NCBI GenBank assembly: GCA_031377305.1
Contig: JANMEV010000377.1
Coordinates: 166 to 64,165 of the forward strand
Source: Planctomycetota bacterium
GTDB lineage: Bacteria; Planctomycetota; Planctomycetia; Planctomycetales; Planctomycetaceae
Reading direction: 5' to 3'
DNA: 64,000 nucleotides
Made by a program: the position numbers and the translations under genes. Positions within the stretch are counted from its first letter, which is position 1. The number at the start of each line of letters is the position of its first letter. The notes beneath the pieces are model-generated. The model had not been told where the DNA came from. It made no database searches and saw nothing but the letters and a program-made list of their open reading frames with translations. Of this stretch, positions 37,203 through 47,683 are shown in pieces.

Positions 37203-37874
37203 TTACTCGTCGTCGAGAGCGTTCATTCGGAAATGGTGGGCTGACGTTGCTCGGGGTGCGGGCGTTTTTATGAGCCGTGGTACGCCTTTCGCGAGAACTT
37301 GACCCATTGCCGCTGAGATTTTTCTAGCGATCGCTCTGGCGTCTGTGCTCATGTGTTCATCTGCAAACATCCGATGCGTGGCAACTTTCATTGCTGAATC
37401 TGCCATGGAAGCCGCGACTGGAAACACGGCGCCGATGGAGCATTCGGAACCCTCCGGGACGGAATTCGCAATCCGTTCAAATCGCCTTTCGTTCTGCTGT
37501 TTGACTCCAAAGAAGATTCGAGCAATCCGGCGCAACAGTGGTCGGAGAACGACAAATCCCAGCAGTCCGAAGACGTAGGCACCGAGGTTGAATTCAGCGG
37601 GCGAGCCAGAATCGTTGGCTGGCGACTGCCATGCTTCCGTATGTTCGACTTCTATTCGTCGATCCGTCAGGTTCCCGCAACGTAGGCAGTTGCCGGGAAT
37701 CTGGTGGTGGGTGGAAAGCCAAACTGATGTCTTGTTTGGGTCAATCCGCGAAGTGTCTCGAGCATCACCTCACACCGAGGACAGAGTCGGTCGGACAAAA
37801 TGATGACATGCGCAAGGCAATGTGGGCAGTCCTGAATTCCGGTGGTGAATTTCGAGGCTACAGTTCATGGTCAT
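37203..37874 (-). pseudogene. possible degraded zinc-ribbon/TM protein gene (very uncertain)
   Basis: The ATG at 37874 opens a frame that is hit by TGA at 37770-37772. The same frame then continues with no ATG/GTG/TTG until 37535. It encodes CLRCGN, a TM helix (LGAYVFGLLGFVVL) and a 110-aa tail. A second frame encodes DCPHC-x12-CPRC but has no start codon. Confidence 0.3.
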
Positions 37875-37884
37875 TTCAAGCCCG

Positions 37885-37912
37885 AACGCTGCCACCCAGG
37901 AGTGGCAGCGTT
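37885..37912 (-). terminator. 11-bp stem hairpin downstream of proS (no U tract)
   Basis: AACGCTGCCAC-CCAGGA-GTGGCAGCGTT, 54 nt after the proS stop codon. Confidence 0.35.
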
Positions 37913-37965
37913 GATGCAACTGCAAAGAAAAGTCCAGCCACAGAAGCGGATAAAGACCACGTGCA

Positions 37966-39693
37966 TTACATCATTTGCTTCTCGGCGATCAGATCCTTCA
38001 CGAAACCAACGGTATCCGCGAGAGGCACCTTCTTTGCATCCGCGTCGGTGCGCAATTTAACTTCAGCGATGCCTTCGGCCAGTCCCTTGCCGCCGATTGT
38101 TATTCGCAGCGGAATCCCGATCAGGTCGGCATCTTTGAACTTGAAGCCGGGACGCTGGTCGCGATCGTCCATCAGGACGTCAATTCCTGCCGCTGTGAGA
38201 TCCCCGTAGATCTTGTTCGTAATCTTCATAACTTCCGCGTCGCTCACATTCAGCGGGATGATCTGAACCGTGTACGGAGCCACGTTGATCGGCCAGATGA
38301 TCCCGTTTTCGTCGTGACAGGTTTCGACGATTGACGCGACAACTCGAGTGACCCCGATGCCGTAGCAGCCCATGATGATCGGGTGAGACACTTCCTTGTC
38401 ATCAACGAACTTTGCATCCATCGACACGCTGTATTTTGTGCCGAGCTTGAAGACGTGCCCGACTTCGATGCCATGAACCATGCTAAGAGTTCCCGCACAC
38501 TTGGGGCACGGATCGCCGGACTCACCGTTTCGCAGGTCGAAGGTTTCAGTCACATCGAAGTGCGTTCCAGGAATCACGCCAGTCAGGTGCGCGTCCTTTG
38601 CGTTTGCACCGATGATTGCCGACTTGATCAATGCCGCATCGTGGTCGACGAAGTACGGGCATTGAATGCCAATTGGTCCTGCAAAACCAACCGGTGCTCC
38701 GGTCACTTTCAGAATCGTCGCTTCGTCGGCCAGTTCAACGGATGTAGCCTTGGTGGCTCGTCGAATCTTACCTTCGTTCGCCGTATGATCGCCTCGCAGA
38801 AGAATTGCTACGGGCTTGCCGTCGGCCATGTAGATCAGCGTCTTGATGAACGAAGTCGCATCTGACTTCAGCATCTTGCTGACCTGGTCGATGCTCCCTG
38901 CGTTGGGTGTGTCCAGTTTCACAGCAGCGGCCGCACCTTCGACCTTCGCGGGAAGCTTTGAGTTGCGACCGGTTTCGGCTCGTTCCTGATTGGCCGCATA
39001 GCTGCAGTCCGGGCAGTGGATGACGAAGTCTTCGCCGTTGCTGGCCGGAACCATGAATTCATGCGATGCATCGCCACCGATCGGACCGCTTTCGGCTTCG
39101 ACAGGCAGATACTTCAATCCGCAGCGTTCAAAGATTTTGCAGTACGCTGCATACATTGCATCGTACGCCACGTTGAGCTGTTCAAGTGACGAGCCGAAGC
39201 TGTACGCATCCTTCATCAGGAATTCGCTGGTTCGCAGAACGCCGAATCGAGGTCGCTCTTCGTTTCGGAACTTGGTCTGAATCTGGTACAGCGTAATTGG
39301 CAACTGGCGATAGCTGCTGATGTGTTTGGCCATGAGGTCTGTGATGACTTCTTCATGGGTCGGGCCGAGTGCAAAGTGCAGCTTGCGATCGCCTCGCTTG
39401 GCTTCAAAGTTGAACAGCACGTTGCCAAACGCTTCTCGTCGTCCGGTGCGTTCAAAGATCTCAATCGGCTGCAGGGCTGGCATGAAGAGTTCCACCGCGC
39501 CGGCTTTGTCCATTTCCTGTCGGACAATTTCAGACACTTTGCGGACCGATCGATAACCAAGCGGAAGATACGTGTACGATCCCGCCATCAACTGGCGAAT
39601 CAGCCCGGCTCGCAGCATCAACTGATGACTCGGCACTTCGGCTTCCGCAGGAACTTCCTTCATGGTTGGGATAAACGTCTGAGTCCAGCGCAT
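37966..39693 (-). CDS. proS: prolyl-tRNA synthetase (bacterial type with INS editing domain)
   Basis: [35 protein letters not shown]..., class II motifs ([26 protein letters not shown]) and a C-terminal anticodon-binding domain. The ORF is open to 39747, but conservation starts at the ATG at 39693. Confidence 0.9.
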   Translation of the reverse strand: MRWTQTFIPTMKEVPAEAEVPSHQLMLRAGLIRQLMAGSYTYLPLGYRSVRKVSEIVRQEMDKAGAVELFMPALQPIEIFERTGRREAFGNVLFNFEAKRGDRKLHFALGPTHEEVITDLMAKHISSYRQLPITLYQIQTKFRNEERPRFGVLRTSEFLMKDAYSFGSSLEQLNVAYDAMYAAYCKIFERCGLKYLPVEAESGPIGGDASHEFMVPASNGEDFVIHCPDCSYAANQERAETGRNSKLPAKVEGAAAAVKLDTPNAGSIDQVSKMLKSDATSFIKTLIYMADGKPVAILLRGDHTANEGKIRRATKATSVELADEATILKVTGAPVGFAGPIGIQCPYFVDHDAALIKSAIIGANAKDAHLTGVIPGTHFDVTETFDLRNGESGDPCPKCAGTLSMVHGIEVGHVFKLGTKYSVSMDAKFVDDKEVSHPIIMGCYGIGVTRVVASIVETCHDENGIIWPINVAPYTVQIIPLNVSDAEVMKITNKIYGDLTAAGIDVLMDDRDQRPGFKFKDADLIGIPLRITIGGKGLAEGIAEVKLRTDADAKKVPLADTVGFVKDLIAEKQMM

Positions 39694-40082
39694 TGGGAAA
39701 CCTTGAACGATTGAGGACTGTTGGTGAAGAGCTCGTACAAAAAACAACCGGCATCGAACACAGCTGCAGCCCCCGACAGGATGCAGAATGTCCTCGTCGG
39801 GCCGAAACCGTTTTTCGCTCTTGCCGGGGCAGAGCAGGGCGGGATTCTAGCAGAGTCTTCAAAACGGCAAACCTCGGTTCAAACACTCGGAAAACCGCCG
39901 TACTCGGACCGTCAGGCGATTGTTGAAAGGCATGTTTCAAATGAAGAGTTGTGTTTGATCTCGATGTGGTTGCGTGCCTACATGTTTTGGGTGAAGCTGC
40001 TAGAATTACCGTGAAACTGATTTCCGAACGCGCGAAAACTGGTGTTGGTGGCGGGCGGGGTCATCACTTTGAAAGCCTCGAA

Positions 40083-41057
40083 ATGCCCCGGGTGTTCGTG
40101 AAGGACCTGAAGGACGGCGATTCCGTCAATGAGATTTTCCTGCTGGCCGATAAGCAAATGCGGGCTAACCGCAACGCCAATCTTTACCTGCTTGCGACGC
40201 TGCGAGATCGCAGCGGAGTGGTCAGCGGACTGATGTGGAACGTTGTTGAAGAGAACGTGCAACACATTTCTGCGGGCGACTATGTCCGAGTTCGCGGGAA
40301 GGTTCAGTTGTATCAGGGCGGTCTGCAGATGATCGTCACCCACATCGATCCGGCTCCGGAATCGTCCTGCAATCCCGATGATTTTCACATGCAGGCCCAG
40401 GCCAACGTTGCTCCGCTGCTGGCTCGCCTGAAGGAATTGTTGTTCTCACTGCGAAGTACCGAATTGCTGACGCTTGCCAGCGCATTCATGGAGGATGAAT
40501 CGCTCGTGAATGGCCTGTGTTCAGCTCCTGCTGGCGTCAAGGCGCATCATGCGTACATGGGCGGGTTGATCGAGCATGTTGTAGGGATGTCCGAGGTTGC
40601 CGATCGCATCTGTACCCTTTATCCAGCATTGAATCGTGACTTGTTGTTGCTGGGAGTGCTGTTGCATGATCTCGGCAAAGTGCGAGAGCTTTCCTGGGAC
40701 CCAACGCTCGCTTACACCGATGAAGGACAACTCCTTGGTCACATCAATATCGCAATCGAGATGCTGAATGAAAAGCTGAAGATTGTTGAGATTCGTCTGG
40801 GACGTCCAGTCGAAGCAGAAGACATCCTTCGGCTGAAGCACATGATTCTGAGTCATCATGGAACTCGCGAGTTCGGCAGCCCAACGATCCCAATGACTCC
40901 GGAAGCCATCGCGTTGCATCACATCGACAATCTCGACGCCAAGCTACACGAGTTTACGCGAGCCATTGCTGATGATCTGAATGCAGACTCAGCATGGACG
41001 CCGTTCAATCCTCGAAATGATCGCAAACTGTTTAAGGGTTTGCCCAAACAAGGCTGA
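40083..41057 (+). CDS. OB-fold/HD-domain 3'-5' exoribonuclease, YhaM-like
   Basis: OB-fold N-terminus (FLLADKQMRANRNANLYLLATLRDRSG...VRVRGKVQLYQG) and an HD domain (LLHDLGK, SHHG). The ATG at 40083 matches the family N-terminus MPRVFVKDL. Confidence 0.8.
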   Translation: MPRVFVKDLKDGDSVNEIFLLADKQMRANRNANLYLLATLRDRSGVVSGLMWNVVEENVQHISAGDYVRVRGKVQLYQGGLQMIVTHIDPAPESSCNPDDFHMQAQANVAPLLARLKELLFSLRSTELLTLASAFMEDESLVNGLCSAPAGVKAHHAYMGGLIEHVVGMSEVADRICTLYPALNRDLLLLGVLLHDLGKVRELSWDPTLAYTDEGQLLGHINIAIEMLNEKLKIVEIRLGRPVEAEDILRLKHMILSHHGTREFGSPTIPMTPEAIALHHIDNLDAKLHEFTRAIADDLNADSAWTPFNPRNDRKLFKGLPKQG

Positions 41058-41156
41058 TCGATACTCCGCGATTTTTGGAGGCGATGCGTTGGGGCAGGGC
41101 AGGGCGATGCGCCTTTGCACTGCCCCAGAACTTACGAGCCAGAGTCCTGCGACGAC

Positions 41157-42515
41157 CTACTTTCGACGAATCTGTTCCGTCAGCACGGCTTCGAGTTCTT
41201 TCAATCCCTGCGCCGCATCGACTTCATAAAAGCCAGCGTGATAGTGCACGACTTTGCCATCGACACTGAGCACTATCCACAGAGGAAGCTGACCTTTCAC
41301 ATCACGCGGATCGCCAAGTGACTCCAGCAGCGATCCGTCATCATGGCCAATCGGGTAGCTCAGGTTCATGAACTCAGACAGCTTCCTTGCCGATCGCCGA
41401 CCTCGACCTGCATTTTCGGTGGTCTGAAAGTCTGGATTGGTGCTGATCCCGACGACTTCCACGTTCATCTTTTTCTTCTGGTTGAACAGAAACTCAAGGT
41501 AGCCGGTCTGACCATAGGGCTCGGAAAGCGGTGCGTCACGGTAGTCCCAAAAATGAAGGACAACCGTTTTCCCATGCAGAGTGGCGGAGTCCAGTTTTCC
41601 GCCCGTAACAAGTGATAGTGAAAACTGAGGCGCCGCTGCATTTGCCATCTCCGTCGCCCGACTTGCAACTGCCGCCAAACGCTTCTGCTGCTGTTCGCTA
41701 TTCGTGCGAATCTGGTTAACAAGATCTTCCAGAGGCGTATTCGTCGACAACTTTGTTAGCTGTTCAACAACGCTGCTTACGTCCTTGACCTGTCGGTCGG
41801 ACAATTCGGCCAGATGTGCGTCCGGGCGACGCTTCAGCACGGACTGGAGTGAGATCAGCTCTTTTTGCAAGTCGGCAAGGCGAGTTGTCGTGTCTGCATC
41901 CAATGGCTTGACCGAAGATCGGGCCATCGTGAGCTGAAATTGATCACCCTGCCCCATGAAAATATCGGCTTCCGCTCGAAGAATTTGCCCAGTCGATGCT
42001 TCAACTGTCAAAGTTTGTCGACGGCCTCGGCGTTCGCGGGCCTCAATAAGCCACGCGTCTGTCTTGTTGACGCTTCGCTTTTCGATCGCTGTCATCTGCC
42101 AGCCCGCCTGTTCCCATGTGGATTCAGGCTCAATTCCCTGTGGAAGGTTAACAAGCAGCGGCGGAAGGCCAAGCACGTAAACATTGCTGTCGTAAGAGTA
42201 GACGAGATGCGGCTGAACCTTCTCGGGCGGAATCGCTGGACCGGCATCCCCAAAGCTTTCCGGCCACGGGCAGCCGGTTCGCAGATCATCAATCACATGA
42301 AAAAAGCTCTCTGAACCGCGACTGAGCAGCCTCACTTCAAACCGTCGCAAAATTTCTCCGTCTCCTTCGCCCGGCTGAATTAGTGAGCCTGCATAGGTGG
42401 AAAAGTGAGCGGCAGCGTCATCAGCAACTGCCAGATGCGCGTTTGTCGCACTTTGAATTGCCAGAACCGTGAGGATCAGAAGTCGAGCTGCAAAGAACGG
42501 TTTATTCGGTGTCAT
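41157..42515 (-). CDS. secreted protein with a C-terminal TlpA/redoxin-like thioredoxin fold lacking the CxxC motif
   Basis: Signal peptide. The C-terminal LHGKTVVLHFWDYRDAPL...VVGIST...PLWIVLSVDGKVV follows the TlpA pattern, but the WC..C position reads WDYRDAP. Confidence 0.65.
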   Translation of the reverse strand: MTPNKPFFAARLLILTVLAIQSATNAHLAVADDAAAHFSTYAGSLIQPGEGDGEILRRFEVRLLSRGSESFFHVIDDLRTGCPWPESFGDAGPAIPPEKVQPHLVYSYDSNVYVLGLPPLLVNLPQGIEPESTWEQAGWQMTAIEKRSVNKTDAWLIEARERRGRRQTLTVEASTGQILRAEADIFMGQGDQFQLTMARSSVKPLDADTTTRLADLQKELISLQSVLKRRPDAHLAELSDRQVKDVSSVVEQLTKLSTNTPLEDLVNQIRTNSEQQQKRLAAVASRATEMANAAAPQFSLSLVTGGKLDSATLHGKTVVLHFWDYRDAPLSEPYGQTGYLEFLFNQKKKMNVEVVGISTNPDFQTTENAGRGRRSARKLSEFMNLSYPIGHDDGSLLESLGDPRDVKGQLPLWIVLSVDGKVVHYHAGFYEVDAAQGLKELEAVLTEQIRRK

Positions 42516-42983
42516 GGAGTCAGCTCGATTCAGGGGCGGTGAAAGGAATCGCTTGTGATTGTAAACGCTGGGTCAACGGTCACGTGGCGGTGCCAAACTT
42601 TGTGGCCAAATGGCAACCTGCTGGTGCAAGCGATTTGACGCACTCAAAATTCATGAAAGAAATTTGGCGGCCGAAATATGTCAGATCGCCTCGGGAACCA
42701 CAATTCCGGATGCGAAATCCCTGATACAGGCAAAGAAACACGGCTGACATCTGGTTCGACGAACACCAGGACATGTTGTAAGTTTCGGCTTCCATTGTCC
42801 CACTTGGTGCCGGATATTCTGAGGTCGTTGATGAGTGCAGACTTCAGGCTCGGAATCGCTTTGGACAGCACTTTTTAGAGCTGGCGTCGCCTACAAACGC
42901 TTGATTGCGTATTATTCAACGTGATTTTAAAGGCGTCCGCCAGGATACATTCCGGGCGAAAAGCAGACTTTCAGGAGAAACCC

Positions 42984-44444
42984 GTGAGCGAAAACCAGAC
43001 TCTGATCGGCGGATATGAACTGCGCAATTGCGTTGCCAGTGGTGCGTCCACACAAATCTGGGAAGTTGTTCAACAAGGCTCCACCGTCCCCTTTGCAATG
43101 AAGTTGCTGTTGCCGGATGCGATAAAAGACGCCGAAAAGAAGGCCGTGCTGAAGCACGAATACAAGATTGGCAGCACTCTTGAGCACCCGAATATTGTCC
43201 GTTTTCACCAGATGGAGATGAATCGCGATCATGGCTTTTTCATTATGGACTACTTCAGGGCTCCCAGTCTAAAGGCTCAGATTTCAGCAAATCTGTCGGA
43301 GACTCAGTCGAAGCTGAAAAAAATTATCGAGGCGGTCTGCCAGGGTCTGGTTCACCTGAATGAAAAAGGCTGGCTGCATCGCGATATTAAGCCTGATAAT
43401 ATTCTTGTTAATAAGACAGGAGAAGTCAGGCTTATCGACTTTTCTCTGGCGACAAAAATTCTGACCGGTGTAATGAAATTGATGGCAGGGAAGCAGAAAA
43501 CGATTCAGGGAACTCGGACGTATATCTCGCCGGAAACGATTCTTAAGAAGCCGCCTTCGATTCGGTCAGACATTTATAGTTTGGGCATTACAATCTATGA
43601 AGTGGCAACGGGAATGCCGCCTTTTGCGGGCTTGAACCCGAGCGATTTGCTGATGAAGCATATTGGTGAAGCACCGGCACCTCCTTCTCTTATGAATAAA
43701 AATGTCACCCCTGAGTTGGATGCGGCTGTACTTAAGCTGCTCTCAAAAAAGCCCGAGGATCGGCCAGCAGATATGCGCGAAGTTATGTCGTTGTTTAGAA
43801 ATGTACGTTGTTTTGTTGAGGATCCTACTGAGCTTATGGCTCGCAAAGTTAAGGACGCGAAGGAGGTCGAGAGTCAGAGTGTGGAAAAACGACTCGACAG
43901 CCGAGCCGATGCCGATCGGGTGGCCCGCGGTATTGCGGCGCCTTTGAAGCCCACAAAGAGTAAGCGAATGACAGCGCCGATCGGCGAAATGGAAGCCGTC
44001 AAGAAACACGGCCAAAAACCAGTGGCACCGGTTGCTCCGCAGCCAGCCGCGTCCCAGATGCCTGTCATGCAAATGATGCCGCAAATGATGCCGCAAATGC
44101 CCTACGGAATGCCGGTGGCGCAAATGCCCGGCATGATGTATCCGGGAATGATGCCCCAGCCGATGATGCCTCCTCAAATGATGCCGGGGCAGCCTATGGT
44201 TCCTCCCAGGCCAGGGCTCGCTCCCGGACATCCCAGCCATCCCATGCCTCTCAGTCAGCCCGTAAACCCCAGTGCCGCCGCCCCTCAGCTGCCGGTTCCG
44301 GCAGCGGCCGCGCCTCCGCAGGCGAAGCCGGCCGTTGCCCCGCAACCTGCCGCTCCACCTGTGCACGTGCCAAAAGCAGCGCCTTCACAGCCGCAAACTT
44401 CTGAGGATCTTGACTTTATGACGGACCTTCCTGACATCATGTAA
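42984..44444 (+). CDS. Hanks-type Ser/Thr protein kinase with a Met/Pro/Gln-rich tail
   Basis: AGGAG lies 6 nt upstream of GTG 42984, while the ORF track starts at 42921. VAIK-like FAMKLL, HRDIKPDNIL, DFSLA, TRTYISPE. The tail MPVMQMMPQMMPQMPYGMPVAQMPGMMYPGMMPQPMMPPQMMPGQPM is encoded at about 44055-44215. Confidence 0.85.
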   Translation: MSENQTLIGGYELRNCVASGASTQIWEVVQQGSTVPFAMKLLLPDAIKDAEKKAVLKHEYKIGSTLEHPNIVRFHQMEMNRDHGFFIMDYFRAPSLKAQISANLSETQSKLKKIIEAVCQGLVHLNEKGWLHRDIKPDNILVNKTGEVRLIDFSLATKILTGVMKLMAGKQKTIQGTRTYISPETILKKPPSIRSDIYSLGITIYEVATGMPPFAGLNPSDLLMKHIGEAPAPPSLMNKNVTPELDAAVLKLLSKKPEDRPADMREVMSLFRNVRCFVEDPTELMARKVKDAKEVESQSVEKRLDSRADADRVARGIAAPLKPTKSKRMTAPIGEMEAVKKHGQKPVAPVAPQPAASQMPVMQMMPQMMPQMPYGMPVAQMPGMMYPGMMPQPMMPPQMMPGQPMVPPRPGLAPGHPSHPMPLSQPVNPSAAAPQLPVPAAAAPPQAKPAVAPQPAAPPVHVPKAAPSQPQTSEDLDFMTDLPDIM

Positions 44445-44445
44445 G

Positions 44446-44462
44446 TCTGCCCGACGGGCAGA
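44446..44462 (+). terminator. 7-bp stem hairpin right after the kinase stop codon (no U tract)
   Basis: TCTGCCC-GAC-GGGCAGA, followed by the palindrome ATCCGGAT. Confidence 0.35.
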
Positions 44463-44679
44463 ATCCGGATTCAGAGACTAATTTGCCGAGCTTTCGTAGC
44501 CAAAAAAGCCGTCGGCATTTTCACAAATCCGCAAATCCCTTAAAGTGCACCGTGAGAAGACGCGGTCGGGTTCCTTGAAGTGAACAGCTTGAGCCGTTGG
44601 GACTACTCGGCTGGACGAATTGGCGCGGGTTCCTGCAGTGTCCGCCGCTTGTTTTGTGAACCGTTCTTTGGGTTGATTC

Positions 44680-45657
44680 ATGGCTGCTTTGCATCAATTG
44701 CCGTTCGAAAAACCACTCTACGAATTGGAAGATCGTCTGCTGAAGCTTGAAGCTCAGGCCGATCCCACGCCGGCGGAGAAGGAAAGCATGCGGCGGATGC
44801 GAGTCGAACTGACTCAGATGACTCGCGAGCGGTATTCAAATCTGGATCCCTGGCAGATCGTTCAGGTTTCTCGGCATCCTGATCGCCCCCAGACTCCCGA
44901 CTATCTGGAGTTGGTCTTCGACGAATTTGTCGAGTTGCACGGTGACAAGGCGTTCGGTGATGACAGGGCGCTGGTCACGGGATTTGCTCGTTTGGCTGGC
45001 CGGAAAGTCATGTTTGTGGGCCACCAGAAAGGGCGTAACCTGAAGGAGCGAAACGAATGCTGCTACGGTTGTGCTCATCCGGAGGGCTATCGCAAGGCCA
45101 TGCAGAAAATGGAAATGGCCAGTCGTTTTGGATTGCCGATTGTTTGTCTGATTGACACGCCTGGTGCTTATCCGGGAATCGGGGCTGAGGAACGCGGGCA
45201 GGCCTACAACATTGCGGTCAATCTTCGCGATATGTCGACGCTCGAGGTTCCAGTCATCTGTGTGGTGATTGGTGAAGGCGGTTCTGGCGGCGCTTTGGGG
45301 ATTGGGATTGGCGACCATGTGGCCGTCCTTGAAAACGCTTACTATTCGGTGATCAGTCCTGAGGGCTGTGCGGGAATTTTGTGGAAAAGCTCCAAGCACG
45401 CTGACAAGGCCGCAAAAGCTCTGAAGTTCACGAGCAAGGATCTGGTGCGGCTGGGGGTTGTCGACGAGGTGATTCCGGAGCCACTCGGCGGAGCTCATCG
45501 CGATCACTTCAAGATGGCGACGACTCTCAAAAGTCGCCTTGTGGAAGCTTTGCAGAGTCTGGACGCTTTTTCCGTGCCCGATCTGCTGGAGCGACGTTAT
45601 CAGCGATATCGCCGGATGGGCGTCTTTCACGAAAATGGACCTTCGGCGGCGACGTAG
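44680..45657 (+). CDS. accA: acetyl-CoA carboxylase carboxyltransferase subunit alpha
   Basis: LPFEKPLYELEDRLLKLE..., DTPGAYPGIGAEERGQ and GEGGSGGALGIG motifs. Confidence 0.9.
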   Translation: MAALHQLPFEKPLYELEDRLLKLEAQADPTPAEKESMRRMRVELTQMTRERYSNLDPWQIVQVSRHPDRPQTPDYLELVFDEFVELHGDKAFGDDRALVTGFARLAGRKVMFVGHQKGRNLKERNECCYGCAHPEGYRKAMQKMEMASRFGLPIVCLIDTPGAYPGIGAEERGQAYNIAVNLRDMSTLEVPVICVVIGEGGSGGALGIGIGDHVAVLENAYYSVISPEGCAGILWKSSKHADKAAKALKFTSKDLVRLGVVDEVIPEPLGGAHRDHFKMATTLKSRLVEALQSLDAFSVPDLLERRYQRYRRMGVFHENGPSAAT

Positions 45658-46164
45658 TTGTTGGCCTTCGCTTGAACGATCTTCTGTTGGCGGAATTCCG
45701 GAACGGCGAGAGCGACTTTTTCCCCTGGGCTCAGATCACCGTTTTGCTTCCTAGTGTCGCGGCGGATTGTTGAGGTCGTTTCAGGGTGCCATCGGGCCGC
45801 GCGTCGCTGATTGTTTTGGGGCGAAAGTGGTCGGCTGGGCAGGGTGGTTTCGCTGGCGATCGGTCATCAGGATTCGCCCCCGGCAGTACGGCTATCGTTT
45901 GCGGATGCGACTGTGGGTTGGTTTGATTGGCTTGCGGATCTGATTGAGGAATGGTGCAGCAGTCGGCTTGAAGTGGATCTGATCGGGAATTTTTCCCAGT
46001 CAAAATCCGGAGCCGCAACGTCCGATAATGTACGTTATGTTAGGTTAATGGCAAAAAATGCCTGTTTTTGCGGGGCCAAATTTTACCCCGTTGGCGATGG
46101 GCAAAATTACAGTTCAAATCTGGCAGAGTCCGAAGGCTCGCTGTTGAATCACCGATCAAAGGTC

Positions 46165-47424
46165 TCAGCGGTAGCTTCCGGTGATGTCGCTGAGTCGCGT
46201 CCGGAGTACTCGGTCCAGTCGATCCAGCGAAATTCCGGCCTTGTTGAGTTGTCGCACGATCCGGACATCGAGTGGAGTGTCTCCGTCCGTCGTAGGGTCA
46301 GGGTCTGCGTTTAGTCCCATCACATCGGCATGCCAGTCGGCAAGGACTTTCTGTTGAACCTGGCTGGGTACGCCAGACAGATAGGTTTTGGTGTTTGCGA
46401 CGATTTCATTCCGTCGGCCGTAGATACCTGCGATTTCATTCAGCAGGGCAGACTCCCTTTGGCCAAGTTGAGTATTTGGAATTGGCGGCGTTGAGGGAGA
46501 CGAATTCAACGTTCCACTGCCCTGCCCAGTTGGCGTCGTTGTCCCGCGGAAAAAGTCGGTCAGGATCGCTCCCGCGCTTTTAGGAACGGAGCTGCTGAGC
46601 TGCTCCATCAATTGCTGCTTTTCTTCCGGCGTCGAGTTTTGCAGGCGATCGTATGCCCGCTGCGTCAGCTGATCGCGCAGGTCGGAAGGCATTTGGCTAA
46701 GCAGATCTGAGAGCGATGTTGCCGGTGTATTCGAATTCGCAGGCGTCGCGGAGCCGTTTTTTCGTCCAGGAATCAGGTCGAGCAGATCAAAGGCGTCCTC
46801 GCCACTGGCGGAATTCGATCCATCCGCGCCAGCGATGGAATCCGTGCCGAACTCGTCAGGGCTTGCCGGGGTTGCGCCTTTGAAATCGTCGACCCCGGGT
46901 TGCAAACGACGATTGAATTCGTCGATGACGTTCTGGACTCTGGCAACCGTGTTCTCAGGCAGCAGTGGAATGATGTATTGAGAATTGTGCAGGATGACCG
47001 CCGCTGCGTAGCCTGAATACGTTTTGCTGACAATCTGCCGCATGGGTTCGGACATTGTGATCGCGAAAAACATAGCGGTCATGCAGATCACGATCCCCTT
47101 GACCACACCCAGAACTCCGCCAAGGTGCTTATCGAAATCGATGACTTTGGCTTTTTCCATCCAGCTGCTGAGCATGCCGGCGGCGACAAACGAGAGACCG
47201 CAAAGCCCGACGTACACCGCCAGCATGGCAATCCACTGTTTTAAAGGCGGATCGACACCAATCATTGGCTCAATCTTGGGCGCCAACGTTCCGGAGAATT
47301 TGAAGCACAACAGCAGCGCGACAACCCACGCAAGTTGAGAAAGCAATCCTCGCGACGCGCCCTTCACCGCGCAGTAGAGCAGCACTGCCAGGACGATCAA
47401 ATCGACGATCTGATGTGGGTTCAT
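46165..47424 (-). CDS. cvpA: CvpA-family membrane protein with a long soluble C-terminal extension
   Basis: The N-terminal four-TM CvpA pattern (IVDLIVLAVLLYCAVKGASRGLLSQL...) is followed by a low-complexity tail of about 240 aa. Confidence 0.7.
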   Translation of the reverse strand: MNPHQIVDLIVLAVLLYCAVKGASRGLLSQLAWVVALLLCFKFSGTLAPKIEPMIGVDPPLKQWIAMLAVYVGLCGLSFVAAGMLSSWMEKAKVIDFDKHLGGVLGVVKGIVICMTAMFFAITMSEPMRQIVSKTYSGYAAAVILHNSQYIIPLLPENTVARVQNVIDEFNRRLQPGVDDFKGATPASPDEFGTDSIAGADGSNSASGEDAFDLLDLIPGRKNGSATPANSNTPATSLSDLLSQMPSDLRDQLTQRAYDRLQNSTPEEKQQLMEQLSSSVPKSAGAILTDFFRGTTTPTGQGSGTLNSSPSTPPIPNTQLGQRESALLNEIAGIYGRRNEIVANTKTYLSGVPSQVQQKVLADWHADVMGLNADPDPTTDGDTPLDVRIVRQLNKAGISLDRLDRVLRTRLSDITGSYR

Positions 47425-47683
47425 TTCCGACTTCCCTGACTCACTGAATTCTTCCTTGAATCGCGCAACCGCGTCTACCGTGACTCGACTATGAATGAGC
47501 CGGCAGTCAACGGCAGAGCTGATCGCATCGCGCTTTGCGGGCGCTGGATTCGCATGAAGAAGTATAGGGGGACTGCGGTTTTGAGGAAAAGACCGGTTCT
47601 TGAACGAAGCTCATCGATCCGGGCGATGAGTATTCCAGCAGTTTTTGCCGGATTCCATCCCTGTTGTTACGGTCAATCAGTCC

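Noticed and set aside
37770-37772. Selenocysteine decoding of the in-frame TGA.
   Set aside because: I could not fold a convincing SECIS-like stem-loop from the 30-40 nt downstream. The TGA is not flanked by a redox motif. The surrounding frame also lacks a proper start beyond the short upstream ORF.
45658-46164. The 500-bp gap between accA and cvpA, with ORFs 45731-46018(-) and 45811-46314(+) and a small GGCA-AAAAA-TGCC hairpin at about 46049.
   Set aside because: The ORF translations are low-complexity (PQ-rich) or overlap cvpA. The hairpin stem is only 4 bp. I can defend no feature here.
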